Source of the DNA: Nitrospiraceae bacterium
GTDB lineage: Bacteria > Nitrospirota > Nitrospiria > Nitrospirales > Nitrospiraceae
NCBI GenBank assembly: GCA_050246315.1
Contig: JBFWWG010000001.1
Coordinates: 256,001 to 320,000 of the forward strand
Length of the DNA: 64,000 bases
Direction of reading: 5' to 3'
In this document: one piece after another, positions 33,810-44,391 of the stretch
How the letters are laid out: each line of letters opens with the position of its first letter
Numbering within the stretch: the first letter of the stretch is position 1
Made by a program: the position numbers and the translations under genes
Notes under the pieces: model-generated
The model's input: only the letters and a program-made list of their open reading frames with translations
Told to the model about the DNA's origin: nothing
Database searches by the model: none

Positions 33810-34744
33810 CCCGAAACCTTCTCCGAGACCCGTTCCGGCGCATTGTCCATCAGATGAATGAACACGTCCTCCAACCCCGTTTCAATCCGCCGCCATTCAT
33901 AGGGCGTGGTTCGAAACGGCGCAATGGCCTGGTCGAGTGCCGCCGCGTCGTCTCCGCTGACGTGGAGCATGGTGCCGAACGCCACGGCCTGTTGGACGCC
34001 CGGCGCTTCCCTGAGTCGCTGCGCCAGTTCGAGCAGATCAGGTCCGCCGACCGACCAGGTCGTGAGGCGCGAGTGCTCGATCACTTCCGCGACCGTGCCA
34101 TGGGTGAGCAGCTTGCCGGTGGTGATATAGGCCAGTCGATGGCATCGTTCGGCCTCATCCATGTAGTGCGTGGTGATCAGAAACGTCAGTCCTTGCGCGG
34201 CCAGCTCATGGATCTGCTCCCAGAATTCGCGGCGTGCCTTGGGATCGACCCCGGCGGTCGGCTCGTCGAGGAGAAGCAACTTGGGGTCGTGAATCATACA
34301 GGCCGCGAGGGCGAGGCGCTGTTTCCATCCGCCGGATAACTGGCCCGCCAATTGCTGTTTCCGCGCGGACAGGCCGAGCCGGTCTAGGCTGGCACGGACC
34401 GCATCACGGCGGTTCGGAACCGCATACATCCGGGCCACGAAATCCAGATTTTCCGCGATGCTCAAGTCCTCGTAGAAACTGAACCGTTGTGTCATGTAGC
34501 CGACCTGGCGTTTGATGGTCTCGCTCTCGGTAATGACATTGTGACCCAGGCAGGTGCCGCGGCCTTCGTCCGGGCGGAGGAGCCCGCAGAGCATGCGAAT
34601 GAACGTCGTCTTCCCGCTCCCGTTCGGGCCGAGAAACCCGCAGATTTCGCCCCGGCGAACATCCAGATCGATATGGTCCACGGCCGTCAACGCACCGAAC
34701 CGCTTCGTCATCCCGCGCACGCTGATAGCCAGGTCGTTCGTCAT
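33806..34744 (-). CDS. ABC transporter ATP-binding protein
   Basis: GPNGSGKTT, LSGGWKQR, LLLDEPT. Confidence 0.95.
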   Translation of the reverse strand: MTNDLAISVRGMTKRFGALTAVDHIDLDVRRGEICGFLGPNGSGKTTFIRMLCGLLRPDEGRGTCLGHNVITESETIKRQVGYMTQRFSFYEDLSIAENLDFVARMYAVPNRRDAVRASLDRLGLSARKQQLAGQLSGGWKQRLALAACMIHDPKLLLLDEPTAGVDPKARREFWEQIHELAAQGLTFLITTHYMDEAERCHRLAYITTGKLLTHGTVAEVIEHSRLTTWSVGGPDLLELAQRLREAPGVQQAVAFGTMLHVSGDDAAALDQAIAPFRTTPYEWRRIETGLEDVFIHLMDNAPERVSEKVSG

Positions 34745-34916
34745 GGTCGGCGTCCTTCACGCTCAGGCGCAGGGATATTTCTGACGCGTCACGCGTCACG
34801 CGTATCGGAGCGAGTCATCGCATCGTGTCCCCGTCCTCACTCCTCGATTGGCGGATGACGTTTGACGCATGACGACGGTTCAAAGCGTCGCGATCACCAG
34901 CCAAGAGGGTACTCGG

Positions 34917-35927
34917 CTAGCGGGCTTCTTCAACATGCTGCGTGATTCCAACACGCACATCCACCGGCTGGCCCGGATGCAGATTGGCCGCGACCTGTGG
35001 CTCGAACGTCGCTTCGATCATGAACACCAGCTTGTCCCGACTCTCCCGGCTATAGATGACCGGCGGGGTGTACTCGACTCGCGGCGAAATAAAGCTCACG
35101 GTGCCGACAAACGGCTGGGCCACGCTGTCCATGCTGACCGCCACCTGCTCGCCGAGATGAATTGTTCCGATCCTGGCCTGCGGCACAAACGCGCGAACCT
35201 TGACGTTTTGCGGCGGCAGCAACGCAACGACCGGCCGGCCCGCCGCCACCCATTCGCCTTCGCGATACAGCGTGTCGAACACCAGCCCTCCCTTCGGCGC
35301 GCTTTGCCGCTTCTGCGAGAGATCCCATTCCGCCTTGGCCAGCGCCGCTTCCCGCGCCCGGACTTCGGCTTCTGCCGCGATAACCTGATCGCTGCGCGAG
35401 CCGAGCTGTGCCGTCGTCAGGTCGGCTTCGAGTTGCGCCACCCGCTGCCGTTGCTGGTCTCGTCCGGCACGGGCCCGGTCGAACTCCAGCTCCGCCGTCG
35501 CACCTGGCACGCTCATCAACGCTTCGTGCCGCGCGAACTCGCTCTCTGCCAGTTTCAGCGCCGCCCGCGCTTGCTTGAGCTGCGCCTTGACGGCTTCAAT
35601 CTCCGTCGGCCGCTTGCCCTTCCTGACATCCGCCAGCGTCGCCCGAGCCTGCGCGAGCCTCCGCTCCGCCTCGTCTCTACCGGCCTGTTCCGCCGCGCTG
35701 TCCAGTGCAAACAACGGATCGCCTTCCTTCACCTGTGTCCCGCGTCGGACCGACAAGGATTCCAGCGCGCCCGGGAGCGGCGAGGCCACATAGACATACT
35801 CGCCTTCGACATACCCCTGGACCAGGTTGGGGTCCGAGTTGGTGCACCCGGCCGCAACCGCCATCCATGCCAGCGGAACCACCATGCCACGGACGATGCG
35901 CCGAAATAATGGATCACGACCGGTCAT
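34917..35927 (-). CDS. HlyD-family membrane fusion protein (YbhG-like)
   Basis: QGYVEGEYVYVA, coiled coil, FISPRVEYTPP, LHPGQPV. Confidence 0.9.
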   Translation of the reverse strand: MTGRDPLFRRIVRGMVVPLAWMAVAAGCTNSDPNLVQGYVEGEYVYVASPLPGALESLSVRRGTQVKEGDPLFALDSAAEQAGRDEAERRLAQARATLADVRKGKRPTEIEAVKAQLKQARAALKLAESEFARHEALMSVPGATAELEFDRARAGRDQQRQRVAQLEADLTTAQLGSRSDQVIAAEAEVRAREAALAKAEWDLSQKRQSAPKGGLVFDTLYREGEWVAAGRPVVALLPPQNVKVRAFVPQARIGTIHLGEQVAVSMDSVAQPFVGTVSFISPRVEYTPPVIYSRESRDKLVFMIEATFEPQVAANLHPGQPVDVRVGITQHVEEAR

Positions 35928-36546
35928 GACTTGACCTTCCCGTCTCGGTCATCACGCCTTCCAGGACGACCTTCATGATGGCGGCATAGCCGGTCTTCGG
36001 GCTGAGCGCGAGTTCGGCCATCTTCGGGGGATTCATGACGGCCTGCACGGCGCCGAGCAGAATCTCCATGATCAGGGTGGCCGGGATGTCCTTTCTGATC
36101 ATGCCGGCCCTGCGCCCTTCGCCGAGGATCTTGCCGAAATGGCGTTGAATCACGTCCCGCCGCCGAGTTTCCACGATCTTGAACAACTCCGGCGACTCCC
36201 GGCGCATGTCGCGTACAAACGGCGGTTGAATCTCTTCCGTGTGATGCTGCATGCAGGCCAAAAGCCGGTGCAGGGCATTGAGGACGTCGGAGGAGCAGGC
36301 GGCCGTGATCCCGTCGAGATCCGCCTCGACGCTCCGGAACTTGTCCAAGAGCACGGCCTCCAGGAGCGCGACTTTGCTCGGGAAGCAGGCGTACAGCGTT
36401 TTTTTACTCATGCCGAGCTCCGCCGCGAGATCGTCCATCGTGACGTGGCGAAACCCATGGCGCATGAATTGATGCCGGGCGGCCGTGACCACGCGTTGGG
36501 TGACGGACAGACCGGACGACACGATGGAGGCTCGGTGGGATCGCAT
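35914..36546 (-). CDS. TetR/AcrR family regulator
   Basis: GFRHVTMDDLAAELGMSKKTLY HTH. Confidence 0.9.
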   Translation of the reverse strand: MRSHRASIVSSGLSVTQRVVTAARHQFMRHGFRHVTMDDLAAELGMSKKTLYACFPSKVALLEAVLLDKFRSVEADLDGITAACSSDVLNALHRLLACMQHHTEEIQPPFVRDMRRESPELFKIVETRRRDVIQRHFGKILGEGRRAGMIRKDIPATLIMEILLGAVQAVMNPPKMAELALSPKTGYAAIMKVVLEGVMTETGRSSHDRS

Positions 36547-36559
36547 AGCCGACAGGCTA

Positions 36560-36594
36560 ATCCTAAGGAAACTCAAATCGTATTGCAAGTTTCC
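36560..36594 (-). promoter_or_regulatory. Sigma-70 promoter with overlapping putative TetR operator
   Basis: TTGCAA-N17-TAGGAT; inverted repeat GGAAACT(36567-73)/AGTTTCC(36588-94). Confidence 0.6.
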
Positions 36595-36652
36595 ATTTAG
36601 CGCGCGAGGCCACGTGGGGTATCGCAGGGCCGCGCATCCCATCATGAGGACA

Positions 36653-36697
36653 TCTTCATGGTCCCTTCATCGCCTTCTCATCTTCCGACCGTACAGT
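36653..36697 (+). promoter_or_regulatory. P5: triple direct-repeat box promoter
   Basis: TCTTCAT-N4-CCTTCAT-N4-TTCTCAT-N10-TACAGT. Confidence 0.72.
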
Positions 36698-36748
36698 CCT
36701 TCCAAGAACTGACACGGTCGGGAACTGGACGCTCGAAGGGAGGAACCC

Positions 36749-37690
36749 ATGGCACGAGGGCACTTGTGGTCGATTGTGTTGGCGGGAGGAGACGGAGTTC
36801 GGGCGAGGGCCTTCATTCGTCAGTGGCTGGGATCGGCTAGCCCGAAACAGTACTGCGCCTTCGTCGGGACCCGCTCCATGTTCCAACACACGCTCGACCG
36901 TGCGGCCCTCCTCACGCCTTGGGAGCGTATCGTCGTGGTGGCCGCACGGCACCATCAGCCGGAGGTGTGGCATCAGCTCCACCGGAGGCCCGCAGGCCTG
37001 GTGCTCTTGCAGCCCGAGAATCGAGACACGGCGGCCGGAGTGTTTCTTCCGCTGACCTATATCCTCGCGCGCGATCCCGGCGCGAGCGTCGTGGTCTATC
37101 CATCGGATCACTTCATCTATCCGGAAGACCGGTTTGTCTCGGCGGTGGACCATGCAGTGCGGGGAAGCAACCTGCTGGGGGGACGGCCCGTCCTCCTGGC
37201 CGCAAGGCCGGATTTCCCTGAATTGGAGTACGGATGGATTCATCCCGGCCGGTTTCTCGGCTGGACGGGCGATGCCCCCGTCTTGGCGGTGGACAGCTTC
37301 ATCGAGAAACCGGAGGCGGCGGCCGCACGACTAGCCAAAGATCGCGGCGGTCTGTGGAATACGATGGTCCTGGCGGCGGGAGGCAAGCAGCTCTGGGATC
37401 TCGGGCTGGACTGCGTCCCGGAGATGATGGCCCTCTTCGACCGGTTGAGACGCGCCATCGATACGACGGACGAGCCGAAGGTCCTCTCTGCGATCTATGA
37501 CACCATGCCGCGGAGGAGCTTCTCATCGCATCTGCTGCAGCGCAGGCCGGACCGGCTGGGGGTCATGGAGATGCGCGAGGTTCTGTGGAGCGACTGGGGG
37601 AACCCTGCGCGAATCACGGAGACCCTCGACAGGATCGGGAAGCAACCGGCTTTCGCGGAGGAAACGCGCGAACTGCTTCCCACGGGGTGA
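36749..37690 (+). CDS. Sugar-phosphate nucleotidyltransferase (mannose-1-phosphate guanylyltransferase-like)
   Basis: VLAGGDG.R, PKQYC, QPENRDTA, PSDH, YGWI, FIEKP, WSDWG. Confidence 0.88.
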   Translation: MARGHLWSIVLAGGDGVRARAFIRQWLGSASPKQYCAFVGTRSMFQHTLDRAALLTPWERIVVVAARHHQPEVWHQLHRRPAGLVLLQPENRDTAAGVFLPLTYILARDPGASVVVYPSDHFIYPEDRFVSAVDHAVRGSNLLGGRPVLLAARPDFPELEYGWIHPGRFLGWTGDAPVLAVDSFIEKPEAAAARLAKDRGGLWNTMVLAAGGKQLWDLGLDCVPEMMALFDRLRRAIDTTDEPKVLSAIYDTMPRRSFSSHLLQRRPDRLGVMEMREVLWSDWGNPARITETLDRIGKQPAFAEETRELLPTG

Positions 37691-37794
37691 GGCACGCGAG
37701 AGAAGGCATTGCCGGGGAGCGGGCTGCGGTCAGAGACCGGCCACCTCACCCGGCTTGGACATTGAGGAATCGGACTTTCAAGAAGGAGGCAGTG

Positions 37795-38454
37795 ATGACG
37801 ATGGCGACGCTCCCTTATCAAGCGAAAACCTTCAATCTCAGCGGCCTCACCGGCATTTCTGACCGGACCGTCGAGCTGCATCTTTCGCTCTATCACGGGT
37901 ACGTTCGTGAGGCCAATCGCCTCAGCGAACGGATTCGCACCTTTCTGGCGGATGGGCCCGTCGATCAGGACGATATGCCGTTGTTTTCCGAACTGACCCG
38001 CCGGCTGGGGTTCGAATACAACGGTATGGTCCTGCACGAATATTATTTCGGCAACCTCATCCGGCACGGAGCAGGCGATCCCGGCCGTTCGTCATTGTTC
38101 ACGCGAGCGGCCGAGGGCAGCTTCGGGTCATACGACGTCTGGAAAACGGATTTTGTGGCCACGGCGTCGATGCGGGGGATCGGGTGGACCATCTGCTATT
38201 ACGATCCGATGACGGGTCGGTTGTCGAACCACTGGATCAGCTCGCATGAAGTTGGCGTCGTCGCCGGCTTCGTGCCGTTGCTCGTGCTCGATCTGTGGGA
38301 ACATGCGTACCTGCTCGACTACGCACCATCGGAACGGCAAACCTATGTTGAGGCCTTCTTCTCCAACATTCGTTGGGAGGCTGTGGACGAACGATTGAAC
38401 GAATGCGCAAGAACGCGCATGGAGCGGGTGCGACAAGAACTCTACGGGCCGTGA
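37795..38454 (+). CDS. Fe/Mn superoxide dismutase-like protein
   Basis: ELH..LY.GYV, NGMVLHEYYF, LDLWEHAY; all four metal ligands present. Confidence 0.88.
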   Translation: MTMATLPYQAKTFNLSGLTGISDRTVELHLSLYHGYVREANRLSERIRTFLADGPVDQDDMPLFSELTRRLGFEYNGMVLHEYYFGNLIRHGAGDPGRSSLFTRAAEGSFGSYDVWKTDFVATASMRGIGWTICYYDPMTGRLSNHWISSHEVGVVAGFVPLLVLDLWEHAYLLDYAPSERQTYVEAFFSNIRWEAVDERLNECARTRMERVRQELYGP

Positions 38455-38519
38455 CCGATCACGTTGGCGATCCATTGCCCAGCCTGGGAAGACCACCAAT
38501 GGAGGAAGGAGGCATTCGG

Positions 38520-38711
38520 ATGTCCGCGGCATTCGCGATTGTGTTGATATCGATGATCTTCGGCTGGGCTGTAGTCCTACGGGCGGCCTATCTTGACGAT
38601 CGGCCCGCTCCGCCTCCACGTGCCGGTGGAAAGAGGTCTTCGGTAACGTATGCGGGTATCCAATCCATCATCGGCAATTCCGGGCTGGCCGGCGCCCGTG
38701 GGGGTTCGTGA
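38520..38711 (+). CDS. 63-aa small protein with an N-terminal TM helix
   Basis: MSAAFAIVLISMIFGWAVVLRAAY; RBS GAAGGAGG. Confidence 0.55.
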   Translation: MSAAFAIVLISMIFGWAVVLRAAYLDDRPAPPPRAGGKRSSVTYAGIQSIIGNSGLAGARGGS

Positions 38712-38980
38712 GGGATCAGCCTTCTCTGCCCAGAAACCGGGGCACCCATGGCTCCATGGCATGCGATGCATCGAGACCACCGGACCCGTCGCCCTGCAGG
38801 CGACGGAATGCGCCGCGCGAGGTCGCCGCTGCCGATTCGGCGTTGCATTCATTATCGAATCGAGTAAGAATCACGCTCGAAGCACCGGGGAGCCATTTCC
38901 GCGATAGCGGGGAGTGTGCTTGCCGGGTCTGAGCCTGATGGTTCAACTGTTTCTGGAGAAGCAACACAAAGGAGGGCGGC

Positions 38981-39460
38981 ATGGCTGAAGCGAGGATCAG
39001 CGTCACGTTTGAGAAGGACCACGAGCGGCTGGATGCCCTGTTTCTCTCATTCCAGGAACAGAAGCGAACGGATTTCGCAAAGGCCAAGGACGCGTTCGTC
39101 GCATTCAAATTCGGCCTCCAGCGTCACATCGTGTGGGAGGAGGACATCCTTTTTCCGAAATGGGAAGAAAACGCGGGGATGGCGGAGGGCGGGCCGACGG
39201 CAGTGATGCGGACGGAACATCGGTTGATCGGCGATTGTCTGGAGGCCATCCATCAGAAAGTCCAGGAGCAGAATCCGGACAGCGACCGGGAGGAGCAGCG
39301 ATTGTTGGAATTGCTGAAGTCGCACAACATGAAAGAAGAACGCATTCTCTACCCCTCGATGGACCAGGTGATCAGCGAGGCGGAGTTGGCCGACATCTAC
39401 CAAGCCATGAAGGACCTTCCGGAGGAGCGATATCGTGTCTGTTGCGGGAGCGACAGGTAA
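38981..39460 (+). CDS. Hemerythrin-like (HHE) domain protein
   Basis: DHERL, RHIVWEE.ILFP, EH, HNMKEE.ILYP. Confidence 0.88.
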   Translation: MAEARISVTFEKDHERLDALFLSFQEQKRTDFAKAKDAFVAFKFGLQRHIVWEEDILFPKWEENAGMAEGGPTAVMRTEHRLIGDCLEAIHQKVQEQNPDSDREEQRLLELLKSHNMKEERILYPSMDQVISEAELADIYQAMKDLPEERYRVCCGSDR

Positions 39461-39602
39461 CGGAACCCTCCCGACCGACGCTCAGCCCAGGGAGTTGCAC
39501 CCCTTGAATTTTCCTCCGCTACGACAAAGGAGGGCGGCGGCGCGCCGCAATACTCTGGCGAGATGACACTTGCTCGACTCAGCACCAAGAAAGAGGACCG
39601 AG

Positions 39603-40331
39603 CTACAGAAAAAAGTCCTCACCTTTTGGTCGTAGCTCCAACTCGAAGGTCCAGGCCTCTGGCTTTTGCCTGGTCAACGTCCAATACATCTCGGCCATTT
39701 CCGCGGGATTCAGCATCGGCTCACCGATGGCACCAGGCATCTGCGCTCTCACCGCCTCCGTGTCGATGACACCATCGACGACAATGTGTGCAACATGGAT
39801 CCCCTGCGGCCACAATTCCCGCGCAAGGGAATCGGCCAGCCCTCGAACCGCGAACTTGGCACTGCTGAAGGCGGGCGCTCCCTTGCGCCCCCGGATCGAA
39901 GAAGTTGCGCCTGTAAATAGAATGCTGCCGCCTCCACGGACAAGCATGTCGGGGACAGTCTGCTTGCAGCATAGAAACGCCGCCAACGCGCAACTTTCCC
40001 ACGTCGATCTGAAGCTCTCCGCCGTCAATTCACTGAACCCACCCCAAACCCCACTACCCACATGATTGATCAGGACGGAGGCTGGCCCAAGCTCACTCCG
40101 CACCTGGACAAACGCCCGAGCCACGGCGTCGGCATCCGTCAGATCTGTCGGCACAGGGAGCGCTCGCACTCCAGACCGTCGCAGTTCCTCCGCTAGAGTA
40201 CGAAGAAAATCCGCGGAGCGGGCCAGCAGCGCGACTGCACAGCCTTCGCGGCCAAACTTGCGGGCTAAGGCCGCGCCCAATCCGGATCCCACGCCCGCAA
40301 TGAGGGCAATCTCTTGCTTCGGTGCGCTCAT
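39603..40331 (-). CDS. Short-chain dehydrogenase/reductase
   Basis: GVGSGLG, FTGATSS.RG, AKFAVRGLA, HVAHIVVDGVI. Confidence 0.9.
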   Translation of the reverse strand: MSAPKQEIALIAGVGSGLGAALARKFGREGCAVALLARSADFLRTLAEELRRSGVRALPVPTDLTDADAVARAFVQVRSELGPASVLINHVGSGVWGGFSELTAESFRSTWESCALAAFLCCKQTVPDMLVRGGGSILFTGATSSIRGRKGAPAFSSAKFAVRGLADSLARELWPQGIHVAHIVVDGVIDTEAVRAQMPGAIGEPMLNPAEMAEMYWTLTRQKPEAWTFELELRPKGEDFFL

Positions 40332-40666
40332 GATACTGTGCCTGAACCTTTCTCCCTACTTCCCGGCCTGCATTGCAGAATGGCCCGTAGAGGGACTCTG
40401 TGGCTCTCGCTATTATCCCGCGCTATCCTGCGATGGCCAATCTACATTGTTCCTGACGCGATTGGCGAGCGAGGCGTTGTCTGTTTTCAGCAGCAACATC
40501 ACCTTCTTATGCATTGGGACTTCCACCCCGCGAACCGTCTGGTGTTCGTTCCGCTTGCCTTCGTGGTCATCTTGAACATACGATTTCGTGACATATTCCA
40601 TCGCATGCCGCCTGTGCAACGCCTCCGACTGCGGCTTGTGTCGCGTCCACGAATGGGGAAGCACCT

Positions 40667-42871
40667 ATGTCTCTTCAACCCTGGATCACATGCCTTCAAA
40701 CCGGCATCATCATCCGCCATCTTGAGACTCGTTATCCTGAACAGGCTTGCAAGGTCGATTATCGACGCGTTCTGGCGGCGGCCGAATCGTTTCGTGAGAT
40801 CCAGGACACCCGTGCCTTTCTGATCGATTCGAGCAACTGGATTCCCCACTCGGCGTTCCGTGAACTGATCAAGAGCTGCGAGTTGGCAACCGGCGAGAAA
40901 GACTTCGCCTATCTGGCCGCCCTGGCCTACTACGACACCGTCAAGACTCAGCCCCCGACCCTTACCGAAACGATCGCCATTCTCCTCAACGACGTTGAAT
41001 CGGTCTTTCGCTCCATCTGCGACTGGGCCTTGGCCTATACGAACTACCTTCAGCTTCAGTCCTTCGTGCGTCCGGATGAAGCTCGGACAGTCCATATCCT
41101 CTCCCGCTACCACTCTGCCGTCGATCCGATCCTCGGAAACGCGCGTCTCCTGCAAGGCAACCTCGAAGGCATCACCAAACTTGATCCGACCGTTGAGACG
41201 GTCGACTGCGAGACGATCTATTCGCAAGTCCGCTTGGAAACACTGGTTGAGGAATTCGGCGATGCCTACTCTATGACGACAGACCGCGATCAGATCACGG
41301 TGGCCCGTCGCTCGACGGGCAAGGTCGTCATTATCGGACGGATGGTTCCGCTCATCCAATCTCCCATCTCGATCAAGCGAAGTTCCGCGCCCGTGCCACC
41401 GCCTCCAGCCGACCAAATCGTGGCGAACCAGGAGCCGGGTGATGTTCTCTCGCTCTGGACCCTCGACAGGGCTCATCGCTCCGGGAAACGCCCTTCCTCC
41501 ACAGCACGGGAGAGTTGCAGCGCCATCCGCATCGAACGAGGGGGGACCCTCACCCAGGGATCACTCAGCACGACCGTCAAAGCCGGAGCGATCTACAACG
41601 CGCCCTACACCCATTATAGACTCCGCTGGACCGCTCACTCTGGCCATGACATTGATCCGTCGGCCGTGGGCCGCGCTCACCTATTGACCGACCGCCGCGC
41701 TTTTGCCCATTTGCTCTTCACGCATTTGAAGAATCTTCAGGCCACCCATCGCCATACCCTCACCATGTTCCTGCGCAACGTTGAACTCACCCAGGAAAAC
41801 GTTCAACTGCGAGAGGAACTGGCGGCATCCCAAGCCACGGGCGGGATCACCGGAAAGAGTCGCGTCATAAAGGATCTTGTCGCCATCATACAGACGATTG
41901 CGCCCTCCGACACAACGGTGCTGATCACCGGAGAAACCGGCACCGGCAAGGAGTTGGCCGCCCGCTTGATCCATCAGTTGAGTCAGCGCAACGACCGCCG
42001 TTTCGTCGCCGTCAATTGCGGCGCGCTCCCCGAAACACTGCTGGAGAGCGAACTGTTCGGCCACGAAAAGGGCTCATTTACCGGCGCAGTCTCGCAGAAG
42101 AAAGGAAAGTTCGAACTCGCCGAGGGCGGCACCCTGTTTCTGGACGAGATCGGCGACATTTCCCCGGCCGTCCAGGTGAAATTGTTGCGAGCCTTACAAG
42201 AGAAAGAGTTTCAACGAGTGGGAGGCCATGCCGACCTCAAGGCGGATGTCCGTATTCTCGCCGCCACGAATCGAGATCTGGACGAGTTGATCGAACAAAA
42301 GCAGTTCCGGCGTGACCTCTATTATCGCCTCAACGTCATCCAGATCTATGTGCCCTCGTTGCGCGAGCGGACCGAGGACATCGCGGAGTTGGCCGATCAT
42401 TTCGCGAAACGATTTGCCGCGCGCGCCGGCAAGTCGCTCAAGGGACTGACCCCCGAAGCCTTACAGCTCTGCCTCGCTTATAAGTGGCCGGGCAATGTCC
42501 GGGAACTGGAGAACGTGATGGAACGAGCCGTGACTCTTGCACCGAAACAGACCCTGTGGATTATCCCGGACCTGCTCCCGGCAAGCATCCGGCAATCGGC
42601 TTCTCGCGAAGTGCCCACGATGGACGTGGCCGAGTTTGTGGATCGCCTCGAGTGGTCGGCGCTGTTGCATACCCTCAGGAAGCACGGGTCGCTGTCCGCT
42701 CTGCTGAACCAGGTCGAATGGGCCATCACTCGTCGCACGGTTGCCGAGTATGGCGGGAACAAGAGCCGCGCCGCGAAAGTGCTGGGACGGACCTATCGGT
42801 GGCTGCGGAAACTCGAGACCGCCATGGCTGATCGTGAATCGTCAGATCCTTCCCCGGAATCACGTCCCTAG
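40667..42871 (+). CDS. Sigma-54 dependent activator with an unrecognised ~380-aa N-terminal region
   Basis: GETGTGKE, GSFTGA, FLDEIGD, WPGNVREL, C-terminal HTH. Confidence 0.9.
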   Translation: MSLQPWITCLQTGIIIRHLETRYPEQACKVDYRRVLAAAESFREIQDTRAFLIDSSNWIPHSAFRELIKSCELATGEKDFAYLAALAYYDTVKTQPPTLTETIAILLNDVESVFRSICDWALAYTNYLQLQSFVRPDEARTVHILSRYHSAVDPILGNARLLQGNLEGITKLDPTVETVDCETIYSQVRLETLVEEFGDAYSMTTDRDQITVARRSTGKVVIIGRMVPLIQSPISIKRSSAPVPPPPADQIVANQEPGDVLSLWTLDRAHRSGKRPSSTARESCSAIRIERGGTLTQGSLSTTVKAGAIYNAPYTHYRLRWTAHSGHDIDPSAVGRAHLLTDRRAFAHLLFTHLKNLQATHRHTLTMFLRNVELTQENVQLREELAASQATGGITGKSRVIKDLVAIIQTIAPSDTTVLITGETGTGKELAARLIHQLSQRNDRRFVAVNCGALPETLLESELFGHEKGSFTGAVSQKKGKFELAEGGTLFLDEIGDISPAVQVKLLRALQEKEFQRVGGHADLKADVRILAATNRDLDELIEQKQFRRDLYYRLNVIQIYVPSLRERTEDIAELADHFAKRFAARAGKSLKGLTPEALQLCLAYKWPGNVRELENVMERAVTLAPKQTLWIIPDLLPASIRQSASREVPTMDVAEFVDRLEWSALLHTLRKHGSLSALLNQVEWAITRRTVAEYGGNKSRAAKVLGRTYRWLRKLETAMADRESSDPSPESRP

Positions 42872-43056
42872 GAGCCTGTCCGACATTGACCTTTCTACTG
42901 CGACAAACGATGCACCAGCATCTACGTCGTTCTCGGCGCAGAAAACTCCTCACCGTATTCCAGCGAATACGCTTCCAGTTTTTCCGCACCTGCGGCCTCG
43001 TATCTGCCGGCGCCTCATTCGTCTCATAACGAACGGCAATGTCGGACAGGCTCCTA
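42869..43056. mobile_element. Family-B MITE-like element
   Basis: Perfect 20-bp TIR TAGGAGCCTGTCCGACATTG / CAATGTCGGACAGGCTCCTA, CTAG at both ends. Confidence 0.8.
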
Positions 43057-43297
43057 GCCCACATTATTCATGATCGCTTCTCCTGCAATCGCCGACACGC
43101 CGCTGCGACCGGCTTGGATGCCGGTTTCCCGCATCCAGCGGGCAGGCTCGTCGCTCGGTCGGTCCACATACTGTTTCAGGTATGCCTCCCTTCCTCGCGA
43201 CTCCGCGCGAGGGTACCCGTTGCTCTTCCCATGCAATGGGTCCTCCGCCTGGGGTCTTGGCGGTTTCGTCACGAACCGTCATGAATAATGTGGGCAA
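43055..43297. mobile_element. Family-A MITE-like element
   Basis: TIR TAGCCCACATTATTCATGA ... TCATGAATAATGTGGGCAA. Confidence 0.78.
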
Positions 43298-43615
43298 GCC
43301 GTTTCATTGGCCCAACACCTCCCACTCAGCCGTTTCCTCCTCATGATGAACGGTCGTTCGTTCCCTCTGAACGGCCGTTCGCAAGATTTCTGAGACCGGT
43401 CCCCACTCTTTGCCGTTCTCTCTCCAACTCAGTGCCCCTGGGTGCTCCAAGATAGGACTCCTTCAGCCGCTCCACGGCGGCGATGCGAAACTGCCGCGGT
43501 TCCCGTCGCTGACGATAGCTGTCGGTGGCACGGGAGTTGATTGACTCGATCGCCGTCGGTGCGGTGATCCAGAACGATGCGCTCGATCTCACAGCTATCA
43601 CACAGGAGGTGCCCC

Positions 43616-44122
43616 ATGAGGAGGCAAGCGATATGGCTTCAAATCTTGCTGACGATGCTGTTCTCCCAAGGATGCAGCCTGTATCTGGCAGCCAGTCAAC
43701 CGCCCAAAGTCGACGTCGGCGCCTTCAGTGCCGGTGGAATGCCGCGGGATGCCGTGGTTGCCAAACTCGGCGCCCCAACGTCCTCGGTGAAACATGAGGA
43801 TGGAACACGCACCGAGCTGTACGAGTTTTACGAGGGGTCCGCGACAGGCTGGAAGGTAGGCCGTGCCACTTTCAACTTGATCGCTGACATCTTCACGCTC
43901 GGCTTATGGGAACTCATCGCTTCGCCGGCCGAGCTGATGATCAAAGGAGATAAGGTATCAGCCCGTGCTGAGTTCGATGATCGTGATCGGCTCACAGAGT
44001 TTGTGCCTTTAGGAGATGCGGATCGAGGCAGAATGGAAAGCAACGAAAAGACGCGCGCCGAGATGACGGAACAATCGCCGACGGTGGAGGTACGCGGTCC
44101 AGGAGACCAAGGGCCAAACTAG
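43616..44122 (+). CDS. Hypothetical lipoprotein
   Basis: SQGC lipobox, RBS AGGAGG, ADIFTLGLWELI motif. Confidence 0.75.
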   Translation: MRRQAIWLQILLTMLFSQGCSLYLAASQPPKVDVGAFSAGGMPRDAVVAKLGAPTSSVKHEDGTRTELYEFYEGSATGWKVGRATFNLIADIFTLGLWELIASPAELMIKGDKVSARAEFDDRDRLTEFVPLGDADRGRMESNEKTRAEMTEQSPTVEVRGPGDQGPN

Positions 44123-44391
44123 TTTGGACCTGCGATCGCTTGAAGCAAGAACGGCGGTTCGGCGACGCTGAACCGCCGTTCATAGCTTCAGCCCGAGCGG
44201 TCACGGCCCGAGGATTCCGGCTTCGACCTCCATCACACCCGCCATATTCTGCGCGTCTCTGCCGATTCAACAACTTCCACGTCAAAATCGAGACGACGCG
44301 CCATGAACCTCCTTTGTGAGCATGCCGGCATGCAACCTGCTGAAGCACGCGTTGACCAGGTTGCCGATGCATTCACTCCACAGGAGGCTCC

